A stretch of 63,712 bases of DNA, the filler included, from Reticulomyxa filosa (lineage: Eukaryota; Protista; Foraminifera): NCBI GenBank assembly GCA_000512085.1. It is 21 parts of 21 records of this genome, joined end to end, with 100 filler letters (N's around TTAATTAATTAA, not from the genome) between each part and the next. Parts side by side here need not be neighbours in the genome. Positions count along the whole stretch, not along the records: positions 51,091 to 54,496 come from ASPP01008194.1; positions 54,597 to 58,092 come from ASPP01021154.1; positions 58,193 to 59,866 come from ASPP01029599.1; positions 59,967 to 63,712 come from ASPP01017451.1; 17 more parts are not named here. The stretch is one strand, 5' to 3'. The position numbers were made by a program, and so were the translations under genes. Under the pieces are notes generated by a model that saw only the letters and a program-made list of their open reading frames with translations, was not told the origin of the DNA and made no database searches. Shown here one piece after another: positions 52,831-63,712 of this stretch (within the stretch, counting starts at the first letter, position 1; the number at the start of each line of letters is the position of its first letter).

Positions 52831-54706
52831 AACAAGTTACCTTTTTGATCACTCCACTTCCTGTCCCAAGGAGCTACAGTTTTTTTTTCTTGCTGAGGGA
52901 GAAGCGAATGAAGTTGTTTACACTTTATTTGTGGGGAGAAAATCATATTTGGTGAAATTGTTAAAAGTAACACTATTTGTTGCACAAACAATGTATTTGC
53001 TGGCAGTGCAAAGCAATATAGTTGCATTGACAAGATTTTTGTTTGTAAATTTTCAGTTTTCTGAAAACCCTTGCAAAATATGTATTGTTTTGTTTGGCGA
53101 GAGCAAAACCAGGCTGAGTTTTGCTTGTCCCTTTTCCTTTCAATTTTTGGGAAGAATTGCCTTTTTATTGTTATTTATCATTTTTAGGTCTCGAATGACA
53201 GATTTTCACTATTTCTCTGAAAACATCAGCTTTCTGTAAATACCAAATAATATTTACAAATGAATCGTTTGTTTCTAGTATTCGTTTTAATGTGCACACT
53301 GTGGTGTGCTGACTGTCATTGACCGACACAAAGTGTAATACGAAAATATTGTCCTGTCAGCAACTTTCAACAAGAACAAGTAAATTAAATCAAGGAGAAT
53401 AGAAATAATAACAAGCAATAAAAAAAGAAAAAGAAATTAGAGAAAGTGATAAGTAAGTGGTAGAGAAGCTTTGTGGGAAAAGGGATTTCAAGATTATTTG
53501 AACTTTGACACCAAACGGTAGGATCTTGTCCTGCACTACAATAAAGAAAAGAAGTCAAAACATTAAATTTAATCTCTTTGTCAACAATGCGTTTTGTTAA
53601 ACTGATGAACAAAATGTAATAATTGAAAGTTGGCTTATTTTGAATGTCAACTTAGTATGAATCAATCATTTTAACAAAATTATTTTCAAATATTTTTTTT
53701 GTTGGATAAAATGCTTTTACCATAGCAACAGTTGCCAAACTTTGTGCAAAAGTTAGTGCTCTTTTATTGAAAAGAAAAACGTCTAACTCGTTAAATGTCA
53801 TGTAATTATTGAGTGTTTATGCTTTCATTCTTCTAAGACTAACATATTGACTTAGTATCGCTTTACACTGAGATCATGTCTTCCATTGACTACAGGTGTC
53901 ACGACATGTAAGTGATAATACAGAAACTCGATGAAAACATATACTCCAAAAAAATCTTCGTTTTCGGTTTCCGTTAGACTTTGACTATATGACGAGTAGA
54001 ACATATAATTGATTTTGATCTAGCGTTCTTATTGTGAGCTGCTTTTTTTTTACTGCTTTTCATATCTTTGCTTCGTTTGCTTTAGCGCTCTTTGTAAACA
54101 TGTTTGCTCTTTTCGCTAAGCTTGTGCGTGCCGTTGTTCCGAATTTCTTCCAAAACACAGTTATTTATTGATCTGCTTTTGGCCCCCTTTCACATATTTA
54201 CACACCGGGACATCACACAAGCGTAGTTTCACTCGACTATCTCGAATCTTGTGCTTTTCATCAATCATTGCGAGTGTATGATAAACAAAATTATGTTTAA
54301 CTTTTTTAAAAGCATGTATTGACAGTACCACATCAAAGAAAAACAAAGACATGTTAACTAATGCTAAAACATAATTTGTTTGATTACCGTTTGGTAAAAA
54401 TTAAAAATAAAACAAAATTAACAAAAAGTTATTCTTTCTCAAATGTAGAACACTTAAAAAAAAGTTTTCGAACTCGAACTTAAAAAAGTAAAAGCGNNNN
54501 NNNNNNNNNNNNNNNNNNNNNNNNNNNNNNNNNNNNNNNNTTAATTAATTAANNNNNNNNNNNNNNNNNNNNNNNNNNNNNNNNNNNNNNNNNNNNTTAT
54601 TATTTATTATTATTTATTATTATTTATTATTATTATTTATTATTATTTATATATGCTTATTTATTTTTTTTTATTAATTCAAAACAACAACAACAACAAC
54701 AAATAG

Positions 54707-55594
54707 TTAAAGTATTTCAAACAATTAAAAGTATTCCAAGGACATTCAAGTGCGGTAAATAGCGTAAGATTCTCTCCTGATGGTACCAAAATTGTTTCAT
54801 CTTCGAGTGATAAAACAATCAAAATATGGGACATCCTTTCAGGAAATGAAATGTATGCATTGAATGGACATTTGAAACGTGTTAATAGTGCACAATTTTC
54901 GCCAGATGGAAGCATGATTATATCGTGCTCTGTTGATGACACAATTCGCTTGTGGGATGCGAATTCAGGCGTGGAAATAAGAAAATTTGAAGGACATGAA
55001 GATTGCATAACGTGTGTACAGTTTTCACCAGATGGGAGAAGTATTGCTTCTGGGTCAAATGACAGAACAATAAGAATATGGGATGTTCATACTGGAGAAG
55101 AGATTAAAAGATTACAAGGACATACAGGTCAGGTGAAAGATGTGCAATTTTCGCCAGATGGTCAAAAAATTGTATCTGCTTCTTATGACAAAACACTTGG
55201 AATTTGGGATGTAAATTCAGGCGAAAGGATACACGAAATGAAAGATAATTTAGATTATGCAGTAAAAGCTCAATTTTCTCCAGATGGTCAATATATTATC
55301 TCTTGTTCAACAGAGGCAATAATCCGAATCTGGGATGTTGAATCGGGAATACCAGTCAAAAAATTCAAACACAGATGCTGGATAAACGATGCAAAATTTT
55401 TTCCAAACGGACAAACTATCGTAATGTGCTTAAAAGAGAATACAATACGATTGTGGGATGTAAAATTAGAAATGGAAATACAAAAATTGGAAGGACATTC
55501 CCGATATATCACAAGAGTAGATGTCTCTCCAGATGGCAATGCTATCGCATCATCTTCTTGTGACAAAACAATTCGATTATGGGGACTATTGTAA
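54707..55594 (+). CDS. WD40-repeat protein (7 repeats), last exon
   Basis: Seven GH...FSPDG...S.S.D.TIR.WD units of ~42 aa. Confidence 0.92.
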   Translation, partial: LKYFKQLKVFQGHSSAVNSVRFSPDGTKIVSSSSDKTIKIWDILSGNEMYALNGHLKRVNSAQFSPDGSMIISCSVDDTIRLWDANSGVEIRKFEGHEDCITCVQFSPDGRSIASGSNDRTIRIWDVHTGEEIKRLQGHTGQVKDVQFSPDGQKIVSASYDKTLGIWDVNSGERIHEMKDNLDYAVKAQFSPDGQYIISCSTEAIIRIWDVESGIPVKKFKHRCWINDAKFFPNGQTIVMCLKENTIRLWDVKLEMEIQKLEGHSRYITRVDVSPDGNAIASSSCDKTIRLWGLL

Positions 55595-55837
55595 AGGGTT
55601 TATTCATTAGTTCAAAGACATAAGTATTTTTTTTTAAGTAAATAAGTAGTTGATTCTTTTGAGAACAAATTTATTAAAAAATTGAAATAATTCTTTTTCC
55701 CATTTGAGTTGTTTCGACAAATTTCAATAGCAATCACTTTTTTTTTTTTTTGTATCACTTCTTTTTAAAACAAAAAAAGGAACAAAGAATCAAAACTTTT
55801 TATGATGAATTGATAATCTTAAACAAAAGAGTAAATA

Positions 55838-57283
55838 ATGTCCTCTAAACTCACTGTTACAATTGGCTCGAAGCAATATCAACTTGATTTGTCTTCCTTG
55901 ACATTTGAGACATTAAAGCAACAAATCATCGAACTAAGCAAAGAAGACAAGCAAGGAAGCACATTAGTTAAAATAACTGATGCAGATGGTTGTGACATTG
56001 AAACCGACGAAAATTTGCAAAGTGTTGTCACAAGCGATCAAAAAACTGTGAACGCTTATTTTCAACCAAATGAGAGTGTTTTATCCGATACTGATATGAA
56101 AGATAGCCAACTACGAATGCAAAGCTCTGACAAAGTAGTAGCTTTGAGTTTGAAGGAGCATTGCAATCGAAGTTGGAGAAAAGCAAACGTAGAAGCATCA
56201 AAGATGGTTCAGCAAATGATAAATAAAAATGAGCAAGGATTAATAATAGTAGCTACAAACACATTAAATTGGCAAAAAAAAAAAACAGATCCAAATTCAA
56301 GCAAGACTAGCAGCAACCTTTCTTCTTCTTCTTTTTCTTTTATTGAACTGGTGAATAACAACAACAAAACAAATAAAAAACAATTTGCAGAATACTATAT
56401 GTATTTAATTAAAAGTGAATTGATAATTTTGGAAGGAATAACTATCGATGGGAATGTATATGCAATTGATTGTGAAATGCAATGCAAAGAAAATGTGAAT
56501 ATTACATCACAGTTATTTGTGACAAAGAATTCAGTAATTGATCAGCAATCAAAACAATCGGTGATACCTATTGAATGGAATACCAAAATGAATTGTGATA
56601 TCCCAATACGACTCCAAGATCTTGAATACAAAGAAGAGGAGTCCTCACAACAAAGACACTTTGATGACTCCATTCTTTATTCGCAAGAACATTTGCAACT
56701 GTCAACAAACACCTTTGGCTTTGATCATCCTTATGTCGCTGTTTCGTTTAATATGATTAGCAATTGCTATTACAATAAAAGAAATTACAAAAAATCCATC
56801 GAATTGTTATCCAAAGCCTTGAACATTGTGTTGAATGCTTTGGGGGTTCACTGCAGATTTGCAGCTCAACTGAATTACAATTTCGGCAATACGTACAGTC
56901 AGAAAGGTCTTTGTGATATTGCAATTGGATATTATCAAAAGGCATTGGAGATCCAATTAGATATCCCTGGGATTAATTACGACGATATTTCTAGTTCCTA
57001 CAATAACTTAGGAACTGCATATCTTACAAAGAGGGAATTGGACAAAGCGATTCAATATCTTGAAAAAGCATTACATATAAGGAAGGAAAATACGGTACAT
57101 CAAATGAGCAGAAATATCGGGGACAGCTGTTGGAATTTAGCAAATGTATTTAGTCAAAAAGGAGAAACTCACACTGCATGCAAATATTACCAAGAGGCAT
57201 GGCAAATTTTTAGCGCCACTTTAGGAGAGTGGAATTTTGAAACGGTTCTTGCAAAAAAAAGAATAAAGAGGTTGAATGGATGA
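55838..57283 (+). CDS. PB1-like domain + TPR-repeat protein
   Basis: Intronless 481-aa ORF. N-terminal LTVTIG...TFETLKQQI...ITDADGCDIETDENL (PB1-like); C-terminal kinesin-light-chain-type TPRs (HPYVAVSFNMI, SYNNLGTAY). Confidence 0.85.
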   Translation: MSSKLTVTIGSKQYQLDLSSLTFETLKQQIIELSKEDKQGSTLVKITDADGCDIETDENLQSVVTSDQKTVNAYFQPNESVLSDTDMKDSQLRMQSSDKVVALSLKEHCNRSWRKANVEASKMVQQMINKNEQGLIIVATNTLNWQKKKTDPNSSKTSSNLSSSSFSFIELVNNNNKTNKKQFAEYYMYLIKSELIILEGITIDGNVYAIDCEMQCKENVNITSQLFVTKNSVIDQQSKQSVIPIEWNTKMNCDIPIRLQDLEYKEEESSQQRHFDDSILYSQEHLQLSTNTFGFDHPYVAVSFNMISNCYYNKRNYKKSIELLSKALNIVLNALGVHCRFAAQLNYNFGNTYSQKGLCDIAIGYYQKALEIQLDIPGINYDDISSSYNNLGTAYLTKRELDKAIQYLEKALHIRKENTVHQMSRNIGDSCWNLANVFSQKGETHTACKYYQEAWQIFSATLGEWNFETVLAKKRIKRLNG

Positions 57284-57690
57284 GTTTTGTAAAGAACATT
57301 TTGTTGTTGCTGTCGTCATGTAATATTTTACACTTGTTTCAAATGAAAATTTCGATTACTTTGACATTGCCTCTATTTTAATGCATTCAGTTGATGAGCT
57401 TCTCAACAAAAATCTTGGTTTTTTTTTACAGTTGACGAAGAAGTAAAAGTTTTTTTTAACGCTAGGTCAAAGTAAACCCCTTCCCCCAATGTTGTTGGTC
57501 CCTTCCTCTTTCGTTTCGTTGCAATTTGAATTGTGTTGTTCAGCACAAAATAAAGTTTTTAACATCTGAAAGACACAATAATAGATACTACACTTGCCAT
57601 ATCCAACACTTTTCAGAGTGTTGCTACGTGGGTTTCGTACGTTCAGTTGCCCAATACAAACTTTCGTTCCCAACTCAATTCTCCAAATCA

Positions 57691-57993
57691 ATGACTGAAG
57701 TCGCTCCAGATTTGAAACAAACTGTGGGTCAACCAGACGAAGAAAAAAAAGAAAAGTCGGAAGATAACAAGCCATATTATTACAATGCGAATCCGTCGCC
57801 ACTGAAGGCAAGCCCTGTTGAGCATGTGCAGCAAGTAACCGCAGCAGATAATCAAATGACAGCCTATCTGCAAAAGCACTTTGGTGACAAGTTGAACGCA
57901 ATTCCGCCGGACGTGGTTACACGCTTTGTGAGGGGTTACGCCCACGATAAGGATAGAAAAAAGGCGACGGTTGAGCGACTTGGCTATTATTTG
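57691..57993 (+). CDS. CRAL-TRIO/Sec14-like N-terminal exon (partial)
   Basis: AIPPDVVTRFVRGYAHD...ATVERL resembles CRAL_TRIO_N (D..l.RFlRa...a...l); GT donor at ~57994. Confidence 0.55.
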
Positions 57994-58048
57994 GTAATTA
58001 TTATTATTATTATTATTTGTTTGTTTTCCTCCGAAATGTTTTTGTCCA

Positions 58049-58092
<44 letters not shown>

Positions 58093-58949
58093 NNNNNNNN
58101 NNNNNNNNNNNNNNNNNNNNNNNNNNNNNNNNNNNNTTAATTAATTAANNNNNNNNNNNNNNNNNNNNNNNNNNNNNNNNNNNNNNNNNNNNTAAATTTT
58201 CATAACATCATTTTTTACAATTTGTATATTTAAAAAAGACTGATTAAACGTGAAATTTGGTACTTTTCGGCAGCTTGCTCCTGACTTGAGACAATTGGAA
58301 CAATAGACTTGGCGTGACTGACTCGCTGACTGGACGTTCGTCCTTTGCAGCCAGACACGCGAGATTTTTCTCACATAGCATATAGATTCGATTGATCTCG
58401 CCAAAGTGAATGCTTTTGCACTTATCGTACTTAGTAAAGCATTCGCCACATAGTCTGCTCATCAATGGCAACAGCACTATTTCCGACTATTCTTCTTTAT
58501 TTATTTCTCCATTAAGTCATTTATATCCATATTCAATCTCCACAGCATTTGCGACATCTAGCTACATACAAATATTAAAAAATTATGCGAGTACCGTACT
58601 TATAGTAACTAACTTGGCAAATTTTTTTTAAATAATTGATTTTTTAAAAAAATTACATTTGCAATTTTTTGATCATCGCTTATCTGATCGATTTGGCATT
58701 GACACAGCTTCGGAACTTGGCAGCGCTAAAATATATTATATGCGATGTAATGTCTTGCAAAGTTAAGCTCCCGAATTACACGGTTCCGAAGCCGGCATAC
58801 CCTTGGTAGTTTTGTGAATTTTCTAATACTCTTATTGTTCAGTGGATTTGTGGTTATGCAACCTCGTTGTAAGACAAGCACAATGAAAAAAAAGAAGCAA
58901 AAAGAAGCACATGAATAAAATCTTAAAAACGGAGGTAGCACAAGAATGG

Positions 58950-59800
58950 AAAAACCGAACATTGTTATCAATGTAAGATATATTACTGGAAGATATATAA
59001 TTGTTTTTAGAATGTACAAACGAGATGAAGGGGCTAGTGTTACACAAGAACGGATCGCTTATAACGATTGCACTAAACAAAATATTTGGATGAGCACTCG
59101 ACAATGACATGAAACTCTTTCCAAGCAGCGATTCGACGTTTGGGAGGGAAGCTAATCCCCATCAAGGACGTGCAAAGCAGCAGTGTGAGAAAGGCGATAT
59201 ATTGTGAGCCAATATTGCAACGCAGTGTGTATAAGTCATCATACCAAAGGTGCAGCAAAACAAACTGCTATTGCCACATAAGTTTCGAAGAGTTGTGGAA
59301 GGAAAAAAAAAAAGAATTTGTTAAAAAGTATAATTTTTTTTTTGTGCAAAAACGCAGAAACAATAGAATGTCCCTTTTTTTAAAAAAAAAGAATTAGAAA
59401 GATAATATCCAGGAATTAATGCAGGTGACGGAAGCAGTGAATATCCAACGCAAGTGCTATTGAATTTGTTTACGATATTTGAATACAGCGAGAGATACTG
59501 AATCGGAAGAGATTACTCAAACAATTCTTCAAAACACTGATGCCATGTATGTTACCCGAATCCAAAAAGAGCTCTTTTCTGACAGCAGCATTTACGAAAA
59601 GTTTAAAGGCACATACGTTATTGATAATTCATTGCCGAACAAATGCAAATCTACAATGATTTTAATCCATCCTTCGCCACGAGTTGATGAAATCACTACC
59701 GAATGTGATGATAATCACAGAGCTAAGTACTTTCAACGATGAAATGTGGAATGTAAGTACAAGTGGCTTTACTGGCCCTTATCATTAATCAATGAGTGAT
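58950..59800 (+). pseudogene. Aspartate carbamoyltransferase pseudogene
   Basis: ST..*NSFQAAIRRLGG, SSVRK, INAGDGSSEYPTQVLLNLFTI, DAMYVTRIQKELF and HPSPRVDEI...RAKYFQ are ATCase motifs with stops, frameshifts and an internal deletion. Confidence 0.85.
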
Positions 59801-60074
59801 CAAACACTCTTCGAGCAAAGATAACACTATGCTTATGATAATATCTTATTCCTTTGATTATTTATCNNNNNNNNNNNNNNNNNNNNNNNNNNNNNNNNNN
59901 NNNNNNNNNNTTAATTAATTAANNNNNNNNNNNNNNNNNNNNNNNNNNNNNNNNNNNNNNNNNNNNAAAAAAAAAAAAGGGGGTAACTGCATAAGTTCAA
60001 AAAAAAAAAACTACTTAGCCATTTCCCTCCCCCCCTTTGCCCCCTTCTTTCTCTTTTTTGAAAAGTGTATGTGA

Positions 60075-60434
60075 TTGGTTGATTTGAAAGGAATCCACTT
60101 TGAGGAAGAAAACAATGCAAATGCGAACCAGGCAGCGAATGGCAATCGCAATCAGCAAGTAAAACCTTCGGGCCCCAATCCGTCATCGTACGGACGTCCA
60201 AGCTTTAGCGAGAACCAACCGATACCCTCACGAACTTTGACACAAAAAGAGGAACCGACGTTGGACGAGTTCTTCGCCCAGCCTGAAAATAATGGCCTTG
60301 CCTCTGAGCAACAGCGACAAGCCGAACAGTTTTATCCAGCATTGTCTCCAAAAGAAAATGAAAATGCTGACGATTTTTTAATAGTCAACCCTGAAAACGA
60401 AACTGATGTTCAAGGCAAAATTGAACAGAGATAA
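60075..60434 (+). CDS. C-terminal exon of hypothetical protein
   Basis: 119-aa hydrophilic coding-like frame at the start of a contig. Confidence 0.45.
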   Translation: MVDLKGIHFEEENNANANQAANGNRNQQVKPSGPNPSSYGRPSFSENQPIPSRTLTQKEEPTLDEFFAQPENNGLASEQQRQAEQFYPALSPKENENADDFLIVNPENETDVQGKIEQR

Positions 60435-60789
60435 ACTTTTCCTTTTTAAAAAAGTGTGTTACAACAAACTAATTAACTAATTCAAAAAACAAGTTTTTTT
60501 TTTGATGGGGCTAGGTTGGGTAGAAGAAGATTCAAACAAGGAAACAAAAATAAAATAAAATAAGCCATTGAATTCTTTTAATTGTTATTTTATTTTTTTT
60601 GTACTTCTCATAACAACCTACATTTTTTTGCTATGATAGAATGTTCGTCCTATGAATGTTGTTAAATGAGTTTGCAATGTACATCCGCCAAACTGTCACT
60701 CTAAGTTTTTAAGGATCACACTTCTTTTTTTTTTTTTTTGCAAGTTTCTTTCCTTAGTCAAGAATCGAGCAAAACAGATACATTTGACA

Positions 60790-61885
60790 GACATATGCAA
60801 AATACTAAATTGTTGAGCTCTGTAAATAAGGACAAACAAACTTTGACGGAGCTTAAATATCGTCTACAATATGAATAGGCAATGTGATAAATGTAAGTAT
60901 GGCAGTGAGAGTAACTTTTCACACAAAGGAGTTCAAGGGAACAAAAAAAATCTGGATGGGCAATCGTAATTCTAAAAAACCTCATCATTGTGATGAAAAA
61001 TGTCTTGGAAAGGACAGCCGGACTTCAATCTCCTTATCTCAGCATCAAATCCAGCATTGGCAAGTGGTTGGCAGTTTTCGGACAAACACAAAAGGTCACT
61101 TTTCCAAGTTTTGTCGGAGTGGAACTTGCAAGACTTACAACATATCTTTACATCGTTATTGAGTGTGGATGTGGATTTTCCAGTGTATTATCGCTTCACA
61201 TGTCCTGAGTTCTGCGACATTGACGACAATGGGCAAGTCCGAACACCTTTTAACGTGTGCCCACAATGGCTTGAGTTTGCTTTTTCACTTCATCTTTTTT
61301 GTAAAAAAAAAACCAAAAGTGAATTCGCCATTGTAATATATTAAAACATGCTCGCATGCCAGTGCAAGATCTAGAAGCTTTAAGGTAGTATTATTTGGAC
61401 TGGGTGGCTCTGGAAAAAGTTGTTTAGCGTTCCGATGGTTGATTGGGCAATATCAGCAGTGGGATCCAACGATAGAAGATGCTTATATCAAAAAAGTGGC
61501 TATTGACGAAACACATAGTTATTCGGTAGAGATCCTTGATACTGTCAACGATGAGCCGTGCTTTGGAACAAGACCAATCTACGGCTTTGGTGATGTTGCC
61601 ATTATTGTGGTGGATGTCACCAATACATCTCGTGTCCGACGTGGAATTGTCCCCTTTCTCGAAAAAGTGGAGCACGTTCCTAACAGACCCTTTTTCCTTG
61701 TCGGAACAAAGATTGACACAAGAATTGGACTTCCTTCCGAGAACAAAGAATTTGATGAAATCATTGCATTTTGTAAACAACGAAACGTTTCTTACATTGA
61801 AACATCTGCAAAGGAAAACATTAACATCGATTTTTTGTTTCAATATATTATTTACAAAATTTGGCTTAATTCTTGTTTTCGTTGA
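60790..61885 (+). CDS. Atypical Ras-family small GTPase with N-terminal extension
   Basis: The final exon (from ~61363) has G1 GLGGSGKS, G2 WDPTIEDAY, altered G3 ILDTVND, G4 GTKID and G5 ETSAK. Upstream exons are approximate. Confidence 0.8.
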
Positions 61886-62067
61886 TTAAAAGTGCATGTT
61901 TTTTCTCCCTTTCTGTTTATGATTGGAACTGTAATATATTCACCTGAATTTGGCGATGTTTCTTCGTTTTAATGGTAATGAAGTTGCAATGTTTAAAAAT
62001 CAATCAAAAAAACTACGTCCTAACAACATTCAAAAGACCCTTTTTTTTTTTGAAGTTTAAGAGCACG

Positions 62068-62523
62068 CTACTTCCATACCCACCACAAATACCAGCCTAA
62101 AGCAAAATCAGTGATGGCACAAGTCAATGGGTAGTCGCCTGGCACATGCTCAGTCCAAGGCAAAACATGAAAGTGATGCAACAGATCGTAGAGCCCATGC
62201 AACGCAATGCCAAAACCGATTTGTCCAGTGTCACTTGTTCCGAACCACCAACGACGGTTGTGAAAGACTGTCATCAAAATTTGGGATGAGATAAACATGT
62301 AGACTCCACAAATTACACTCTCTTGCAACAATGCGTACAATTTCGAAGACTTCCACGCAAATCCCCAATAAACCCCTTGCATTACACTTATAAGTATGGT
62401 TGCCATAAATTGTGATACTTGAGTGTTTACTACCACAAACGTAAATATAAAGCCCATCAGCGCTGCAAAAATTAAGCCAGCTACGACTGGATTTCGGAAA
62501 AGATCTTCAAGCTGTCTGGACAT
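62068..62523 (-). CDS. DUF6010-like small membrane protein (intronless)
   Basis: GIALHGLYDLLHH...VPGDYPLTCAITDFALG matches the H..wD..HH...P....C...D pattern of that mainly bacterial family. Confidence 0.6.
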   Translation of the reverse strand: MSRQLEDLFRNPVVAGLIFAALMGFIFTFVVVNTQVSQFMATILISVMQGVYWGFAWKSSKLYALLQESVICGVYMFISSQILMTVFHNRRWWFGTSDTGQIGFGIALHGLYDLLHHFHVLPWTEHVPGDYPLTCAITDFALGWYLWWVWK

Positions 62524-62935
62524 GATCAACTATAAACTATTCGACTTTATTAAAGAAAAATTATTTTAAGAGTTTTTAAAATCTTACGTTCGCCGTGTAA
62601 AGGTTTTGTAAAAATGAAACTAACTTTCCCGATCAAGAAACTGCTGCATTGCCAAATACACAAAATGAAAGAAAAATTTCAAGAGATTATATTTGTAATT
62701 AAATTGTACAATTTATTTTATCGTTCATTCCATTTTACAACAATATATTTTGAATTTTCTTCCAAAAGGTAAAAATTAAAAAGGAACCGTTTATTTTTGC
62801 AATTTAGTAATTTTTTTTCTTTATATTGTTTAATAGGCAATACTTTGTCCTACAAGTACCTGCTGCAACTGGTTCTGTTGGGTGGCTCAGTTTGATTTTT
62901 TGACTAAAAAAAAATCTAGTCGATAATTTTTTGGC

Positions 62936-63593
62936 ATGAGACAATCTGCTTCTCGCTCGTCATCAACAGCAGCCCCATCATTGCCTTCACGACAACAAGT
63001 GAACAACCAAGTCACATGGGTAACCATATCCATCGTGGGACTTTTTTTCCTGGCGATACTACTGCTTTCCGTACTGATCGGATTTCATCCTCCGCAGCCA
63101 GATACCCCAGTGATAATGAGACACCACGGCCACTTTGGCGATCATTTGCATCGAAGTGGACATGACACACAAGAGATCAAAGATGAAAAAAAAGAATACG
63201 TGTTTCCATCGGATTCGATTTTTGTCGCAATGCCAAGTCTAAATGACCCAGGCAAATGAGCCCCCTTTTTTTTTCTCCCTTAGTTCAAAAAATTTTTTTT
63301 GTTTGTTTGAGCAACGCAAATGCGAACAATGTGGGAAAAACACTTACAAAAAAAAAAAAAAAAGATAGATTGTGCAGCCTCGGTGGCGTCCGCATTTGAA
63401 GCTGCGAATAATCCAGATCGCATATTTTTTGGAATTTACCAACAGTCAGACACAAAGCAATACCGAGATTGCACCAATGTAAGCACATTGAATTGTCCTC
63501 GTCATCCATTGTGCTCCCGTTTGTGGCAAGTGCGAATCAACCGCGTATCGCCAAGCGATGCTCAAGGACCGACGTGGGGGCGTTATATGGCTG
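62936..63593 (+). CDS. GT60-family (Gnt1-like) GlcNAc transferase, type II membrane protein, 3' partial
   Basis: N-terminal TM helix, then SIFVAMPSLNDPDCAASVASAFEAANNPDRIFFGIYQQ...AQGPTWGRY, matching the GT60 IFVs.aSyRD.eC...A..P.rif.G..Q...rGP..aR pattern. Confidence 0.82.
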
Positions 63594-63712
63594 GTATTAT
63601 CCTTTTGCTTGTTCTCATTGTATGTCTTTTTTTTGTTTGATTGTTGAGGGATGCTTGTTTGTTTGTTTGTTTGTTTGTTTTTTTCTCATTTTTTTTTTTT
63701 TTTTTTTTTTTT

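Noticed and set aside
1318-59966. Regularly recurring TTAATTAATTAA palindromes as a CRISPR-like array or element ends
   Set aside because: Always centred in 44+44 Ns; this is an artificial six-frame-stop contig linker.
1-63712. Operon-like or clustered defence island linking the NLR, PARP-like, TPR and RNF213-like genes
   Set aside because: They lie on different concatenated contigs, so adjacency across linkers is not biological.
1-63712. tRNA, rRNA or transposase genes; alternative genetic code
   Set aside because: No recognisable RNA-gene or transposase motifs; long ORFs read through with the standard code and end at TAA or TGA.

Overview
AT-rich, intron-containing eukaryotic DNA (standard code). 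It is not one continuous locus: about 21 short contigs are joined by an artificial 100-bp linker (N44-TTAATTAATTAA-N44), so gene order across linkers has no meaning. The gene families (expanded 42-aa WD40 proteins, Kelch fragments, TPR proteins, many pseudogenes) and the intron style strongly suggest a foraminiferan such as Reticulomyxa filosa (inference). Recognisable genes include a PKG-type kinase, an RGS protein, RRM proteins, a BAR protein, an ABCB half-transporter, an M20D amidohydrolase, a histidine acid phosphatase, a TBC RabGAP, a Sin3 C-terminus, WD40 and PB1-TPR proteins, an atypical Ras, a DUF6010-like protein and a GT60 GlcNAc transferase. Pseudogenes include ATCase, WD40, NACHT and Kelch relics. 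The standout is a ~1750-aa NLR-like protein (19208-~24620, minus strand) with the order Cys-rich module, RelA/SpoT-type nucleotidyltransferase, NACHT, pentapeptide repeats and 16 WD40 repeats. It is a candidate innate-immune receptor coupled to an alarmone-synthetase-like effector. Also notable is an EF-hand protein fused to a degenerate PARP-like domain. All assignments come from reading motifs by eye; no searches were run.
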